Of a DNA stretch of 64,000 nucleotides, positions 31,809 through 40,406 are shown one piece after another. Origin of the DNA: an uncultured Verrucomicrobiae bacterium. GTDB taxonomy: Bacteria; Verrucomicrobiota; Verrucomicrobiia; Chthoniobacterales; UBA10450. Numbering within the stretch: position 1 is the stretch's first letter; every line of letters starts with the position of its first letter. Where the stretch lies: positions 64,001 through 128,000 of the forward strand of contig CAWDGJ010000003.1 in NCBI GenBank assembly GCA_963801815.1, in the 5' to 3' direction. Position numbers and translations under genes: made by a program. Under the pieces are notes generated by a model. It did not search any database and was not told the origin of the DNA. It saw only the letters and a program-made list of their open reading frames with translations.

Positions 31809-32371
31809 GGAACTTGCGCCTTATCATTTTCATTCTCGTGGCGCTGGCGCAGTTGGCGGTGCCTGCATCGATTGTCTGGACGCGCGGCCAAACTCTCGCG
31901 TATGGGCGCGTCTGGAAATTCAAAACTGAGCCGGTCGATCCCACAGATGCGTTTCGCGGGCGCTACATTGCCTTGCGCTTCGCAGCAGAAAAGGCGAGAG
32001 CAACACCGCAGCCGCTAATTACAGTCGCGTCATCCGCTCCGATCTTTGTCACGTTGAAGGAAGATTCCGAAGGCTTCGCACAAGTTGACCAAATAAGCAC
32101 CGAACGCATCACCGGCGACAACGTCATTCAGGTCGAAAACGGGTACTGGTCTGACGGTTGGCAACGCGTCCGATTCCCCTTTGATAAATTATGGGTCGCG
32201 GAAAAGATCGCGCCTCAAGCCGAGCAAGCTTATCGTGAAAATAGCCGACGCGGAAAAGAAAACGCATTCGTGACGGTCCGCGTGCGCAACGGAGACGCGG
32301 CGTTGGAACAATTGTACATTGACGACAAACCGCTGGCTGAATACTTGCGCGAACAGGCAACAAAAAAATAG
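31805..32371 (+). CDS. GDYXXLXY-domain protein
   Basis: PVDPTDAFRGRYIALRF; usual partner of DUF2157; ATGA overlap. Confidence 0.85.
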   Translation: MRNLRLIIFILVALAQLAVPASIVWTRGQTLAYGRVWKFKTEPVDPTDAFRGRYIALRFAAEKARATPQPLITVASSAPIFVTLKEDSEGFAQVDQISTERITGDNVIQVENGYWSDGWQRVRFPFDKLWVAEKIAPQAEQAYRENSRRGKENAFVTVRVRNGDAALEQLYIDDKPLAEYLREQATKK

Positions 32372-32378
32372 TTTTCGG

Positions 32379-33869
32379 TCACTGATCGGGCGGAGCGTCG
32401 CCCCCGTCCGCTTTCAAAACCGCGAACGTCTTGCTGCCTTTACGATCGAGATAAAGCAACACCCCACGTTTCGGATCGGCTTTGTTCAATGCGTCCCGAA
32501 ACGATTTTACATCCGTTACCGGGTTGCCATCGACTTCAGTGATCACATCTTCGCGCTCGATTCCTTGTTGGGCGGCGAGGCTGTTGTCGGTCACGTCGGT
32601 GACAATGACACCTTTTTGGACGCCAAGTTTGAAGCGTTGCGCCATTTCCTTGGTCAGTTCCTGGACCTGCAATCCGAACTTGCCCGCTTCCTGCTGTTTT
32701 TCCCGAGGCGGTCGCACCGGTTCATTGGAAGCGCGGGAAATCTCGTTCGGTAACTCACCGGTGGTGACAGGAACTTTTAGCGTCTGGCCTTTTCGCCACA
32801 CAGTCAGTTCCACTTTTTGACCGATCTTCTTTTTCAAAATCTCGTGCTGCAATTGCGAGTCCGTTGTCACCTGATTCGCATCGACCTGCGTGATGACATC
32901 GAATGGTCGCAGATCGCTTTTGTAGGCGGGCGCATCGGCTTCGATGGTGCGGACGACAACGCCCTTCTCGATTCCTTTGAATAACTCGCGGATGCCAGGG
33001 TCATCCCCCAGCGTCTCGATTCGAATCCCGAGCCACGGACGCGTGATTTTTCGGCCGGCAATAAGATCGTCGCCAATTTCCTTGGCCATGTTAATCGGAA
33101 TCGCGAACCCAAGACCGCGGTTGATGCCGTTAATCAGCGTGTTCATCCCGATCACTCTGCCGTCGATGTCGCACAACGGGCCGCCGCTATTCCCGGGGTT
33201 AATTGACGCGTCAGTCTGCAAATAATCCGAGATCGAATAGCCACTGGTCGCGAGCAATTTGCTGCGGCCTTTGCCGCTGACCACGCCATAGGTGAAAGTG
33301 TAGTCGAGTTTGAATGGCGCGCCGATTGCGAATGCAAATTGGCCGACGCGCACCGCGTCGCTGTCGCCGAGTTGCGCGAACGGCAGATCCTTGGCGTCGA
33401 TCTTAATGACCGCTACGTCGGTTTTTTCGTCCGTGCCAACGACCTTGGCCGGAAATTCCCGCCCGTCTTTCAGCTTCACTTCAATTTTATCGGCCGAGTC
33501 CACCACGTGGAAATTCGTAAAGATGTAGCCGTCGGGGCGAACGATGAAGCCCGAACCCTCACTCTGGACCGGCTGAGTATTTCGCGGTGGCCGGCGAGGA
33601 TTATTTTCGTCGGGAGGCCCTTGAAAGAAAAGGTCCTCGAACGCCGAAGTCTCATTGTCAGCTGCTTTTGAAATTTCGATGATAACAACACTTGGAGCCA
33701 CCGTTTCGAAGACTTTGGCGAAAGCATTATTCAACTGATGAACCACATCTTTGCCTTGCTCGGCCGCAGCTGCGGGAATTGTCGCGGTCGGAACGGCTTC
33801 CGGCATGGCTCCGAGGACCGGCATCGTGCCCAGTCCGGTGATTGTGATGAAAATTAGGATCAAACGCAT
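32379..33869 (-). CDS. htrA: HtrA/DegP serine protease with two PDZ domains
   Basis: GSGFI, TNFHVV, TDVAVIK, QTDASINPGNSGGPL. Start placed at MRLILIF because the longer start overlaps the promoter. Confidence 0.96.
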   Translation of the reverse strand: MRLILIFITITGLGTMPVLGAMPEAVPTATIPAAAAEQGKDVVHQLNNAFAKVFETVAPSVVIIEISKAADNETSAFEDLFFQGPPDENNPRRPPRNTQPVQSEGSGFIVRPDGYIFTNFHVVDSADKIEVKLKDGREFPAKVVGTDEKTDVAVIKIDAKDLPFAQLGDSDAVRVGQFAFAIGAPFKLDYTFTYGVVSGKGRSKLLATSGYSISDYLQTDASINPGNSGGPLCDIDGRVIGMNTLINGINRGLGFAIPINMAKEIGDDLIAGRKITRPWLGIRIETLGDDPGIRELFKGIEKGVVVRTIEADAPAYKSDLRPFDVITQVDANQVTTDSQLQHEILKKKIGQKVELTVWRKGQTLKVPVTTGELPNEISRASNEPVRPPREKQQEAGKFGLQVQELTKEMAQRFKLGVQKGVIVTDVTDNSLAAQQGIEREDVITEVDGNPVTDVKSFRDALNKADPKRGVLLYLDRKGSKTFAVLKADGGDAPPDQ

Positions 33870-33879
33870 CGGTTCGAAG

Positions 33880-33906
33880 TTGGACAGCATTGAACATGCT
33901 ACGTTC
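33880..33906 (-). promoter_or_regulatory. ECF (sigmaE-like) promoter, site 3, upstream of htrA
   Basis: Minus strand GAAC-gtagcatgttcaatgct(17)-GTCCAA, 10 nt before ATG 33869. Confidence 0.7.
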
Positions 33907-33993
33907 AACAGCCCGGTCCACTCGCTTCCCGGAGCGCAGGAGCGTGCGAATATCTTGACTAATGATATACTATCGATCGGCTTGCCTCCAGAT

Positions 33994-35379
33994 ATGCGTT
34001 CAGTTGGGTTAAACCGAGTCTTGGTAATAATCGTCGCCGGCCTCTTTGTGCTTGTCGCCGTGCGGTTTACGTTTCATCGCCATGATTCAAAACCGATTCC
34101 GGCCGAGGACTTCGTTAAGGCGCTGGACACCCACCAAGGTTCCCTGATCGAGCGCTACTTCCGCGAGCACAACGACCCTAACGTTCGCGTTGCGAATGAA
34201 CGTTCGTTACTTTTCGCCGCCATTTTGCGAGAGGACGACGCGGTTGCGCGACGACTCCTTGATGCCGGAGCGAGCGCAGACCTGGCAGACAACGCCGGCG
34301 TTACGCCGTTGATGGTTGCGGCAATGCACGGCGATTTGGAGATGGTTCGCGCATTGATTGGACATGTTTCGGACATTACGGTGAAAGATGGTGCGGGCCA
34401 CTCCGCGCTCCATTACGCGGTTGGTGCTCAAAAGATTGAAATCGTCGATCTTCTTCTCAGCCTGACGCCGAATCTCGAGCTGGCGTATGGTGACAGCGGC
34501 GAATTGTTGACGTTGGCTCTGGGAAGTCCAAGTCCCAGAATTGCCCAGGATATTCTGTCCAAGCTGCCACGGTTTCAGGAATGGAGCGCGGGAGCTTTGC
34601 ACGCGCTGGACACCGCTCTGCGGGCTGGCGATCGCGACTCGGTTCGGCTGTTGTTTTCGAAACACGTTGCGCAGCCGACGCCCGAAGGTAAGCGGGTGCC
34701 TTTACTGGCATACGCAATCGAAACCGATAACGCGCCGCTATTCACAACGCTGCTCGAATGCGGTGCGGACCCAAACACATTGCTGCCCAGCAAATACGAC
34801 AAGGAGTTCTTGGATTCGCTTCCATCGAAATCGTTTCGCAATTACATCGAGGACGACAAGAATGTTACGTGCTTGATGCTCGCGGCCGGCCTTGGTCGGA
34901 CTGATTATGTCCGCGCGCTTTTGCAATCCGGGGCCGATCACAATCGTTCGACCGGTCGCTACAAAATGGTGGCGCTTTATTTCGCGGCCGAGCTCGGCAA
35001 TTGGCAGGCTGCCCAGCTCCTTTTGGGCAGCGGACCTGACCCGGAGAAGCTGCGGATCGAAATCTCACTCGCGTCACAGAAGGTGTCGCTGATCAAGGAC
35101 GGCGTCCCAATCTTGGATTCAACCTGTTCCACCGGGCGCGAAGGCTACTCGACCCGTCGCGGCAGGTATGTGATCACTGACAAGGAGCGAAACCATCGTT
35201 CGACGATCTATCATGTCGACATGCCGTATTTCATGCGGTTGAGTTGCCTCGATTTCGGAATGCACGAAGGCTACGTGCCGAATTATCCCGCATCCCACGG
35301 CTGTATCCGTTTGCCGGGGGAGACGGCGAGGAAGCTTTTTGCCGAGATCCCGATAGGGACGGTAGTCACGGTCCAGTAG
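33994..35379 (+). CDS. Ankyrin-repeat L,D-transpeptidase (YkuD domain)
   Basis: N-terminal TM segment; ankyrin repeats (GVTPLMVAA, GHSALHYA, LL..GADPN); C-terminal STGR, MPYFMRL, HEG..P.YPASHGCIRL. Confidence 0.9.
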   Translation: MRSVGLNRVLVIIVAGLFVLVAVRFTFHRHDSKPIPAEDFVKALDTHQGSLIERYFREHNDPNVRVANERSLLFAAILREDDAVARRLLDAGASADLADNAGVTPLMVAAMHGDLEMVRALIGHVSDITVKDGAGHSALHYAVGAQKIEIVDLLLSLTPNLELAYGDSGELLTLALGSPSPRIAQDILSKLPRFQEWSAGALHALDTALRAGDRDSVRLLFSKHVAQPTPEGKRVPLLAYAIETDNAPLFTTLLECGADPNTLLPSKYDKEFLDSLPSKSFRNYIEDDKNVTCLMLAAGLGRTDYVRALLQSGADHNRSTGRYKMVALYFAAELGNWQAAQLLLGSGPDPEKLRIEISLASQKVSLIKDGVPILDSTCSTGREGYSTRRGRYVITDKERNHRSTIYHVDMPYFMRLSCLDFGMHEGYVPNYPASHGCIRLPGETARKLFAEIPIGTVVTVQ

Positions 35380-35429
35380 GGAAAAATCTGGCGACGTAGC
35401 GGTGCGATCCGCACTTTTCGGTGCGCGCG

Positions 35430-35457
35430 TTGACACACAACTGAGCGGTCTTAGCGT
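35430..35457 (+). promoter_or_regulatory. Possible sigma70-type promoter for kamA
   Basis: TTGACA-N16-TAGCGT. Confidence 0.35.
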
Positions 35458-35473
35458 TTCGATCCTTAATTAA

Positions 35474-36685
35474 ATGCAAACTTTTGAAAACGGTGATGGC
35501 AAGGAGTTCGTCTCGCACGCACCAGGCTATTGGTCTGGCGTAGCGCCTGAATTGTGGAACGATTGGAAATGGCAGCTTAAGAACCGCGTGACCTCGCTGG
35601 CCCAGCTCGAGTCCGGCCATTGCCGGATCGATTTGAGTGACGAGGAACGCAGCGGTGTCTTGCTGAGTGGCGACAAACTCGCGCTCGCCGTCACGCCCCA
35701 TTTTTTCAACCTGATTCCGCGTGGCAATGCGAACGATCCGATTCGACGCCAGGTGATCCCACGGGTCGAGGAAACTTGGGCGTCGCCTTACGATATGGCG
35801 GACCCTTGCGGCGAGGATTCACACATGCCGGTGCCGGGGTTGGTGCATCGCTACCCGGACCGCGTTTTGTTTTTGGTCACCGATCGCTGTGCGGCGTATT
35901 GCCGATATTGCACGCGCAGTCGCGTCGTGAGCGGAGTGGGGGAACAGGAGCTTCAGACCAATTTCGAGGAAGCGTTTCGTTATCTCGAACAACACACCGA
36001 AGTGCGCGACGTCCTCTTGAGTGGCGGCGATGCTCTGATTTTTTCGGACGACAAGATCGACAAATTGCTGACCCGGTTGCGTGCGATCAAACACATCGAG
36101 TTTCTTCGGATCGGAACCCGTGTTCCAATTTTCCTTCCGCAACGCATCACGCCAGAGCTGTGCGCGATTCTGGCGAAACATCATCCGCTTTGGATGAGCA
36201 TTCACGTGAATCATCCGCGCGAGCTGACGATCGAGGTGAAACAAGCGCTCGAGCGGCTCGCGAACGCAGGCATTCCGCTCGGTAACCAGAGCGTGTTGCT
36301 CGCCGGCGTGAACGACGATCTCGAGACGATGAAAACGCTCGTGCACAAACTGCTGATGTGCCGTGTCCGTCCGTATTACATTTACCAGTGCGACCTGATC
36401 AACGGTTCGTCGCACCTTCGCACTTCGGTCGCGAAAGGGATCGAGATCATCGAGGGCCTGCGCGGCCACACCACTGGTTACGCCGTTCCGCAATACGTGA
36501 TCGACGCGCCCGGCGGCGGCGGCAAAGTGCCGATCAATCCCGGCTACGTTCTCTATCACGACAACGAGAAAATCGTGATCCGCAATTACGAAGGCAAGAT
36601 TTTCGAGTATCCCGAAGCTGGCGGCGACCAAACCGTCCAGTTCGCGCCCCAGCGTGAATATCACGATGAGTATCTTTATTCGTGA
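35474..36685 (+). CDS. kamA: KamA family radical SAM protein (lysine 2,3-aminomutase-like)
   Basis: WNDWKWQL, LVHRYPDR, CAAYCRYCTR, LLSGGD, NQSVLL.GVND, DAPGGGGK. The usual PLP-lysine motif is present. Confidence 0.9.
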   Translation: MQTFENGDGKEFVSHAPGYWSGVAPELWNDWKWQLKNRVTSLAQLESGHCRIDLSDEERSGVLLSGDKLALAVTPHFFNLIPRGNANDPIRRQVIPRVEETWASPYDMADPCGEDSHMPVPGLVHRYPDRVLFLVTDRCAAYCRYCTRSRVVSGVGEQELQTNFEEAFRYLEQHTEVRDVLLSGGDALIFSDDKIDKLLTRLRAIKHIEFLRIGTRVPIFLPQRITPELCAILAKHHPLWMSIHVNHPRELTIEVKQALERLANAGIPLGNQSVLLAGVNDDLETMKTLVHKLLMCRVRPYYIYQCDLINGSSHLRTSVAKGIEIIEGLRGHTTGYAVPQYVIDAPGGGGKVPINPGYVLYHDNEKIVIRNYEGKIFEYPEAGGDQTVQFAPQREYHDEYLYS

Positions 36686-36776
36686 CGGACGGTTTCAGAG
36701 AGATCTGGAAGCCACGAATCCAGGAATGACTAAAAATTCTTTTCCTGGTTTCCTGGTTTCCTGATTAGATTCTTCT

Positions 36777-37160
36777 GTGTTCCTGCTTCAGCTTTTGGTC
36801 TCCGCGTTTCTGGCGATTTTGTTTCTGCAGTCAGGCATCGACAAAATTGCCGATCGGCAAGGAAACTTACAGTGGCTGGGCGGACATTTCGCGAAAAGCC
36901 CGCTCGCGGGATTGGTCCCAGTGCTGTTCACCATTCTCACGATCATCGAAGTTTCAGCCGGACTGCTGAGCGGCGTCGGCTTTCTCACGCTGCTCTTCGT
37001 CCACAGCCCAACTATCGCGTTTTACGGCGCAGTCGTGTCGACGGTCGCGATCCTTTGCCTGTTTTTTGGTCAACGAATGGCGAAGGAATACCCCGGAGCC
37101 GCGGTTTTGGTTCCGTATTTTCTGCTCGCACTCGTCGCGATTTATTTGTTGAGCCACTAA
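36777..37160 (+). CDS. DoxX family membrane protein
   Basis: FLQSGIDKI.D..GN..WL..HF.KSP, FFGQRMAKEY.GAA. Confidence 0.82.
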   Translation: MFLLQLLVSAFLAILFLQSGIDKIADRQGNLQWLGGHFAKSPLAGLVPVLFTILTIIEVSAGLLSGVGFLTLLFVHSPTIAFYGAVVSTVAILCLFFGQRMAKEYPGAAVLVPYFLLALVAIYLLSH

Positions 37161-37162
37161 TT

Positions 37163-37244
37163 GACCACGGATTACACGGATAACACTGATGTTCTGCTAT
37201 TCTCGGAAGCTAAAGTATCCGTTCTATCAGTGTAATCCGTGGTC
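37163..37244. repeat. Inverted-repeat element with 8-9-mer tandem arms
   Basis: Perfect 15-bp inverted repeat GACCACGGATTACAC / GTGTAATCCGTGGTC with repeated CACGGAT units. Confidence 0.75.
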
Positions 37245-37247
37245 CTT

Positions 37248-37619
37248 ATGAAGATTCTCTCGCGAATTTTGCTCGCGGTTTCAGCAATCCTGCTCGCGGT
37301 AGGCGCGCATTTTCACACGTCGGCCTTCAACAAGACAGCAACTGCGGTTGCTGAATCGAATCTGCCGGCCTTTCTAGGAAACGGGCTGAAAGTCTTGTGG
37401 CTTCAGGATTCGGTGATCACCAATGTGCTCGCGATCATCTTCGCCATCGTTGCGGTCAAGCCAACCGCTGCGCCGAAATGGATCATTATTGTGCTGGCGC
37501 TCGTGCCGATTATTACCGCCGGTCTCGTTTATTATTTCATCGGCAATTTTTTCGGCGGCCACATTTTTCTGGCTGCGGGACTCGCCGCGATTTTGGGCGC
37601 ATTGCTGAATCGCGATTGA
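37248..37619 (+). CDS. Hypothetical four-TM membrane protein
   Basis: Four hydrophobic segments; co-oriented with doxX. Confidence 0.7.
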   Translation: MKILSRILLAVSAILLAVGAHFHTSAFNKTATAVAESNLPAFLGNGLKVLWLQDSVITNVLAIIFAIVAVKPTAAPKWIIIVLALVPIITAGLVYYFIGNFFGGHIFLAAGLAAILGALLNRD

Positions 37620-37745
37620 ATTCGGCACGGCTACCAAGAGCTCGCACGAGCAAAGGTCACAAAGTCAAAATTTGAAACGTCGAGAAGTAAATCCTTCGTG
37701 TCCGTTGTAGACGGTGTATGAGAATTTTATCGGTTCGATCGAGAC

Positions 37746-39416
37746 CTAACGGGAGTAAACGATCTCGCCGCCGATAATCGTCATTTCGTTTTGCGTCTTG
37801 AGAATTTCCGGCGCGGGAATTTTCATAATGTCCGCCGACAACACTGTGAAGTCCGCCAGTTTTCCGACTTCGATCGAGCCTTTGTCTTTCTCCTGAAACG
37901 ATGCGAACGCCGGCCAGATCGTGAACATCTTGAGCGCTTGTTCGCGCGAGACGGCTTGTTCCGGATGCCAACCCGGACCCGATTCGCCTTTGATGCTTTT
38001 GCGTGCGACTGCCGCATAAAATTCAATCATCGGCTCGCCGCGTTCGACTGGCGCGTCGGAGCCACCGCAAATGATGCAATCTGACTTCAAAAACGATTGC
38101 CAGGCGTAGGCGCCGGCGAGCCGGTCCGTCCCCAATCGTTTCGGCGCGAAAAACAAATCGCTGATCGCGTGCGACGGCTGCATCGACGGAATCAAGCCAA
38201 GTTTCGCGAATCGCGGAAGGTCGACAGGATCGACAATTTGCGCGTGCTCTACACGCCAACGCGGTTCTTTAATGGCTCTCTGGTCGACCGGAACCGCCTT
38301 GAACGCGGCTTCATATAAATCGAGGATCGTTCGGTTCGTGCGATCACCAATCGCATGCGTCTCGACTTGAATACCTCGTCGCAAAGCTTCCTCGAACATC
38401 GGCCGCAACTCCACTGGTTTTTCAGTGAGATAACCGGAAGTGTCTGGCGCGTCACTGTATGGCTTTAGTAAAGCCGCTCCGCGAGAGCCGAGCGCGCCGT
38501 CGAACACAACTTTGATCGTGCGCTGAGTGAAATGGTGATCGAACGCGTTGAGAGTCGCGCCTTCTTTCAAGAAGTTTTGCGCGTCTTCACCCGGACCGTA
38601 AACGCAGTTGATGAACCGGATCTTCGCCGTGCCGTCGGTGTAAACCTTCTTAATCAAGTCGATGTCGTCTTTGTGGCTTCCGGCGTTTTGAATTTCACAC
38701 CAGCCCAGCCCGAGCTCGCGATTGATTCCGGTGAGCAACGCTTGCTCGCGTTCGGCTGTGGTCGGCTTCGGAATATTTTTCTCGACCAAGTCCTGCGCAT
38801 TGTCGAGCAGCATGCCGTTGGGTTCGCCTTTGGTCGTAAGAATCCGGCCGCCGAACGGGTCCCCGCCCGGCGGGAGGATGTCGATCTTCGCGATCGCGAG
38901 CGCGGCCGAGTTTGCGACCGACGCGTGGCCGTCCGCGCGCGTAAGATAAACCGGATTGTCCGGCGCGACTTTGTCCAAATCCTGGCGGGTTGGGAATTGC
39001 GCAGGTTTCCAAAATGTTTCGATCCAGCCGCGCCCGGTAATCCATTTGCCGCGTTCGGTTTTGCCGACGCGCTCTTTCACTTTGGCGAGAAAGTCCTGGA
39101 GTGTGTTGGTTCCTTCGAGATTTAAGGTCAGCTCGCGCTCGCCGATTCCAAAAATGTGGCAGTGCGAATCCGTCAGTCCGGGCAGGACGGTGCGACCGTG
39201 AAGATCGACGACGTGCTGCGAACTAAATTTTCGCGAATCGGCGTTGGAACCAACGAAGAGGACCCGTCCGTCTTTGACTGCGATCGCTTCAGCGTGCGGT
39301 TGTTTTTCATTAGCGGTATAGGCGTTCGCGTTGATCAGCACCAAATCGGCATCATCGGCCGCGTTCGCCGTGAAATTTAACGCCCAAAACGAAAATAAGA
39401 TCGTGAACGCTTTCAC
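37746..39416 (-). CDS. Secreted amidohydrolase (Amidohydro_3/YtcJ-like)
   Basis: Signal peptide, PGLTDSHCH, DGALGSRGA, HAIGDR, RVEHAQ, GSDAPVE. Confidence 0.93.
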   Translation of the reverse strand: MKAFTILFSFWALNFTANAADDADLVLINANAYTANEKQPHAEAIAVKDGRVLFVGSNADSRKFSSQHVVDLHGRTVLPGLTDSHCHIFGIGERELTLNLEGTNTLQDFLAKVKERVGKTERGKWITGRGWIETFWKPAQFPTRQDLDKVAPDNPVYLTRADGHASVANSAALAIAKIDILPPGGDPFGGRILTTKGEPNGMLLDNAQDLVEKNIPKPTTAEREQALLTGINRELGLGWCEIQNAGSHKDDIDLIKKVYTDGTAKIRFINCVYGPGEDAQNFLKEGATLNAFDHHFTQRTIKVVFDGALGSRGAALLKPYSDAPDTSGYLTEKPVELRPMFEEALRRGIQVETHAIGDRTNRTILDLYEAAFKAVPVDQRAIKEPRWRVEHAQIVDPVDLPRFAKLGLIPSMQPSHAISDLFFAPKRLGTDRLAGAYAWQSFLKSDCIICGGSDAPVERGEPMIEFYAAVARKSIKGESGPGWHPEQAVSREQALKMFTIWPAFASFQEKDKGSIEVGKLADFTVLSADIMKIPAPEILKTQNEMTIIGGEIVYSR

Positions 39417-39522
39417 TTGACGGTTTGGTGAAGTTTTGACGTGATCAGCTTTGCCAAGCGGTCACTTTTCTGTATCGGAAAAGATGATCGCGCCGTTATG
39501 AAAATGAATCGTGAATTTTCTT

Positions 39523-39550
39523 TTGCCCGCATTGCGTCCACTTATACAAT
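39523..39550 (+). promoter_or_regulatory. Possible sigma70-type promoter of the ACIII operon
   Basis: TTGCCC-N16-TACAAT, about 130 nt before actA. Confidence 0.4.
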
Positions 39551-39680
39551 CTTGGCTTCCCCGCAGGCGAGTAAACAACCTTAACTCCGCAGCGTTTGAA
39601 CGAAGCACATCCTAATTTTAGTTCCGGTTCGTTTCTAGGTTGTCGGCTGTACCGAAGCAGAGGAGACGTGCGCTGACGTT

Positions 39681-40406
39681 ATGGCCAATTTTTTTCCACG
39701 CTGGTGCAATTGGTTGCCGCTGCAAATGGCTGTAGCGGGCTTCTTGATTGTTTGCGGTCTGACCGCCGCTACCTGGTACTACGTCACGCCGAAGTACACC
39801 AAGATCGGTTATCAACCGATCCAGCCCGTGCCGTTCCCACACGACATCCACGTCACGCAACTCGGGATGGATTGTCGTTACTGCCACAGTTTCGTGGAAG
39901 TCGCCGCGCACTCGAACGTGCCGAACACGCAGCTCTGCATGAATTGCCATTCGCAGGTGCAAAAGGACAATCCGAAACTCGAGCCGGTTCGCCAGAGCTG
40001 GAAGGACGGGCGCCCGATCAACTGGGTCTGGATCCATCGGCTGCCCGATTACGTTTTTTATAACCACGCAGCCCACGTGAACCGCGGGATCAGTTGCGCG
40101 AGTTGCCACGGCCAGATCAATCACATGCCGGTAGTCTACGACGCGAAGCCGATGAGCATGGCCTGGTGTTTGGAGTGCCACCGGCATCCGGAAAATTTCC
40201 TTCGTCCGGAGGATCAGATCACAAATCTCGATTGGAAGCCGGAAGATGTGAAGCCCGCCGAGTTCGTTGCCAAGTATGGCCAGCCGCAGGGCGTGACTGA
40301 GGATTGGTCGAAAAAGAAACATCTCACCCAGGCGGAGATCGGCCAGACGCTGAAAGAGCGCTGGCACATAACAACCTCGGCGAATTGCCAAACCTGCCAC
40401 CGATGA
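39681..40406 (+). CDS. actA: Alternative complex III pentaheme cytochrome c subunit
   Basis: One TM helix, QP.PF.H..H, and five CxxCH motifs (CRYCH, CMNCH, CASCH, CLECH, CQTCH). Confidence 0.95.
   Translation: MANFFPRWCNWLPLQMAVAGFLIVCGLTAATWYYVTPKYTKIGYQPIQPVPFPHDIHVTQLGMDCRYCHSFVEVAAHSNVPNTQLCMNCHSQVQKDNPKLEPVRQSWKDGRPINWVWIHRLPDYVFYNHAAHVNRGISCASCHGQINHMPVVYDAKPMSMAWCLECHRHPENFLRPEDQITNLDWKPEDVKPAEFVAKYGQPQGVTEDWSKKKHLTQAEIGQTLKERWHITTSANCQTCHR

Noticed and set aside
36700..37250. Short repeats as a CRISPR array
   Set aside because: No constant repeat with unique spacers and no cas genes.
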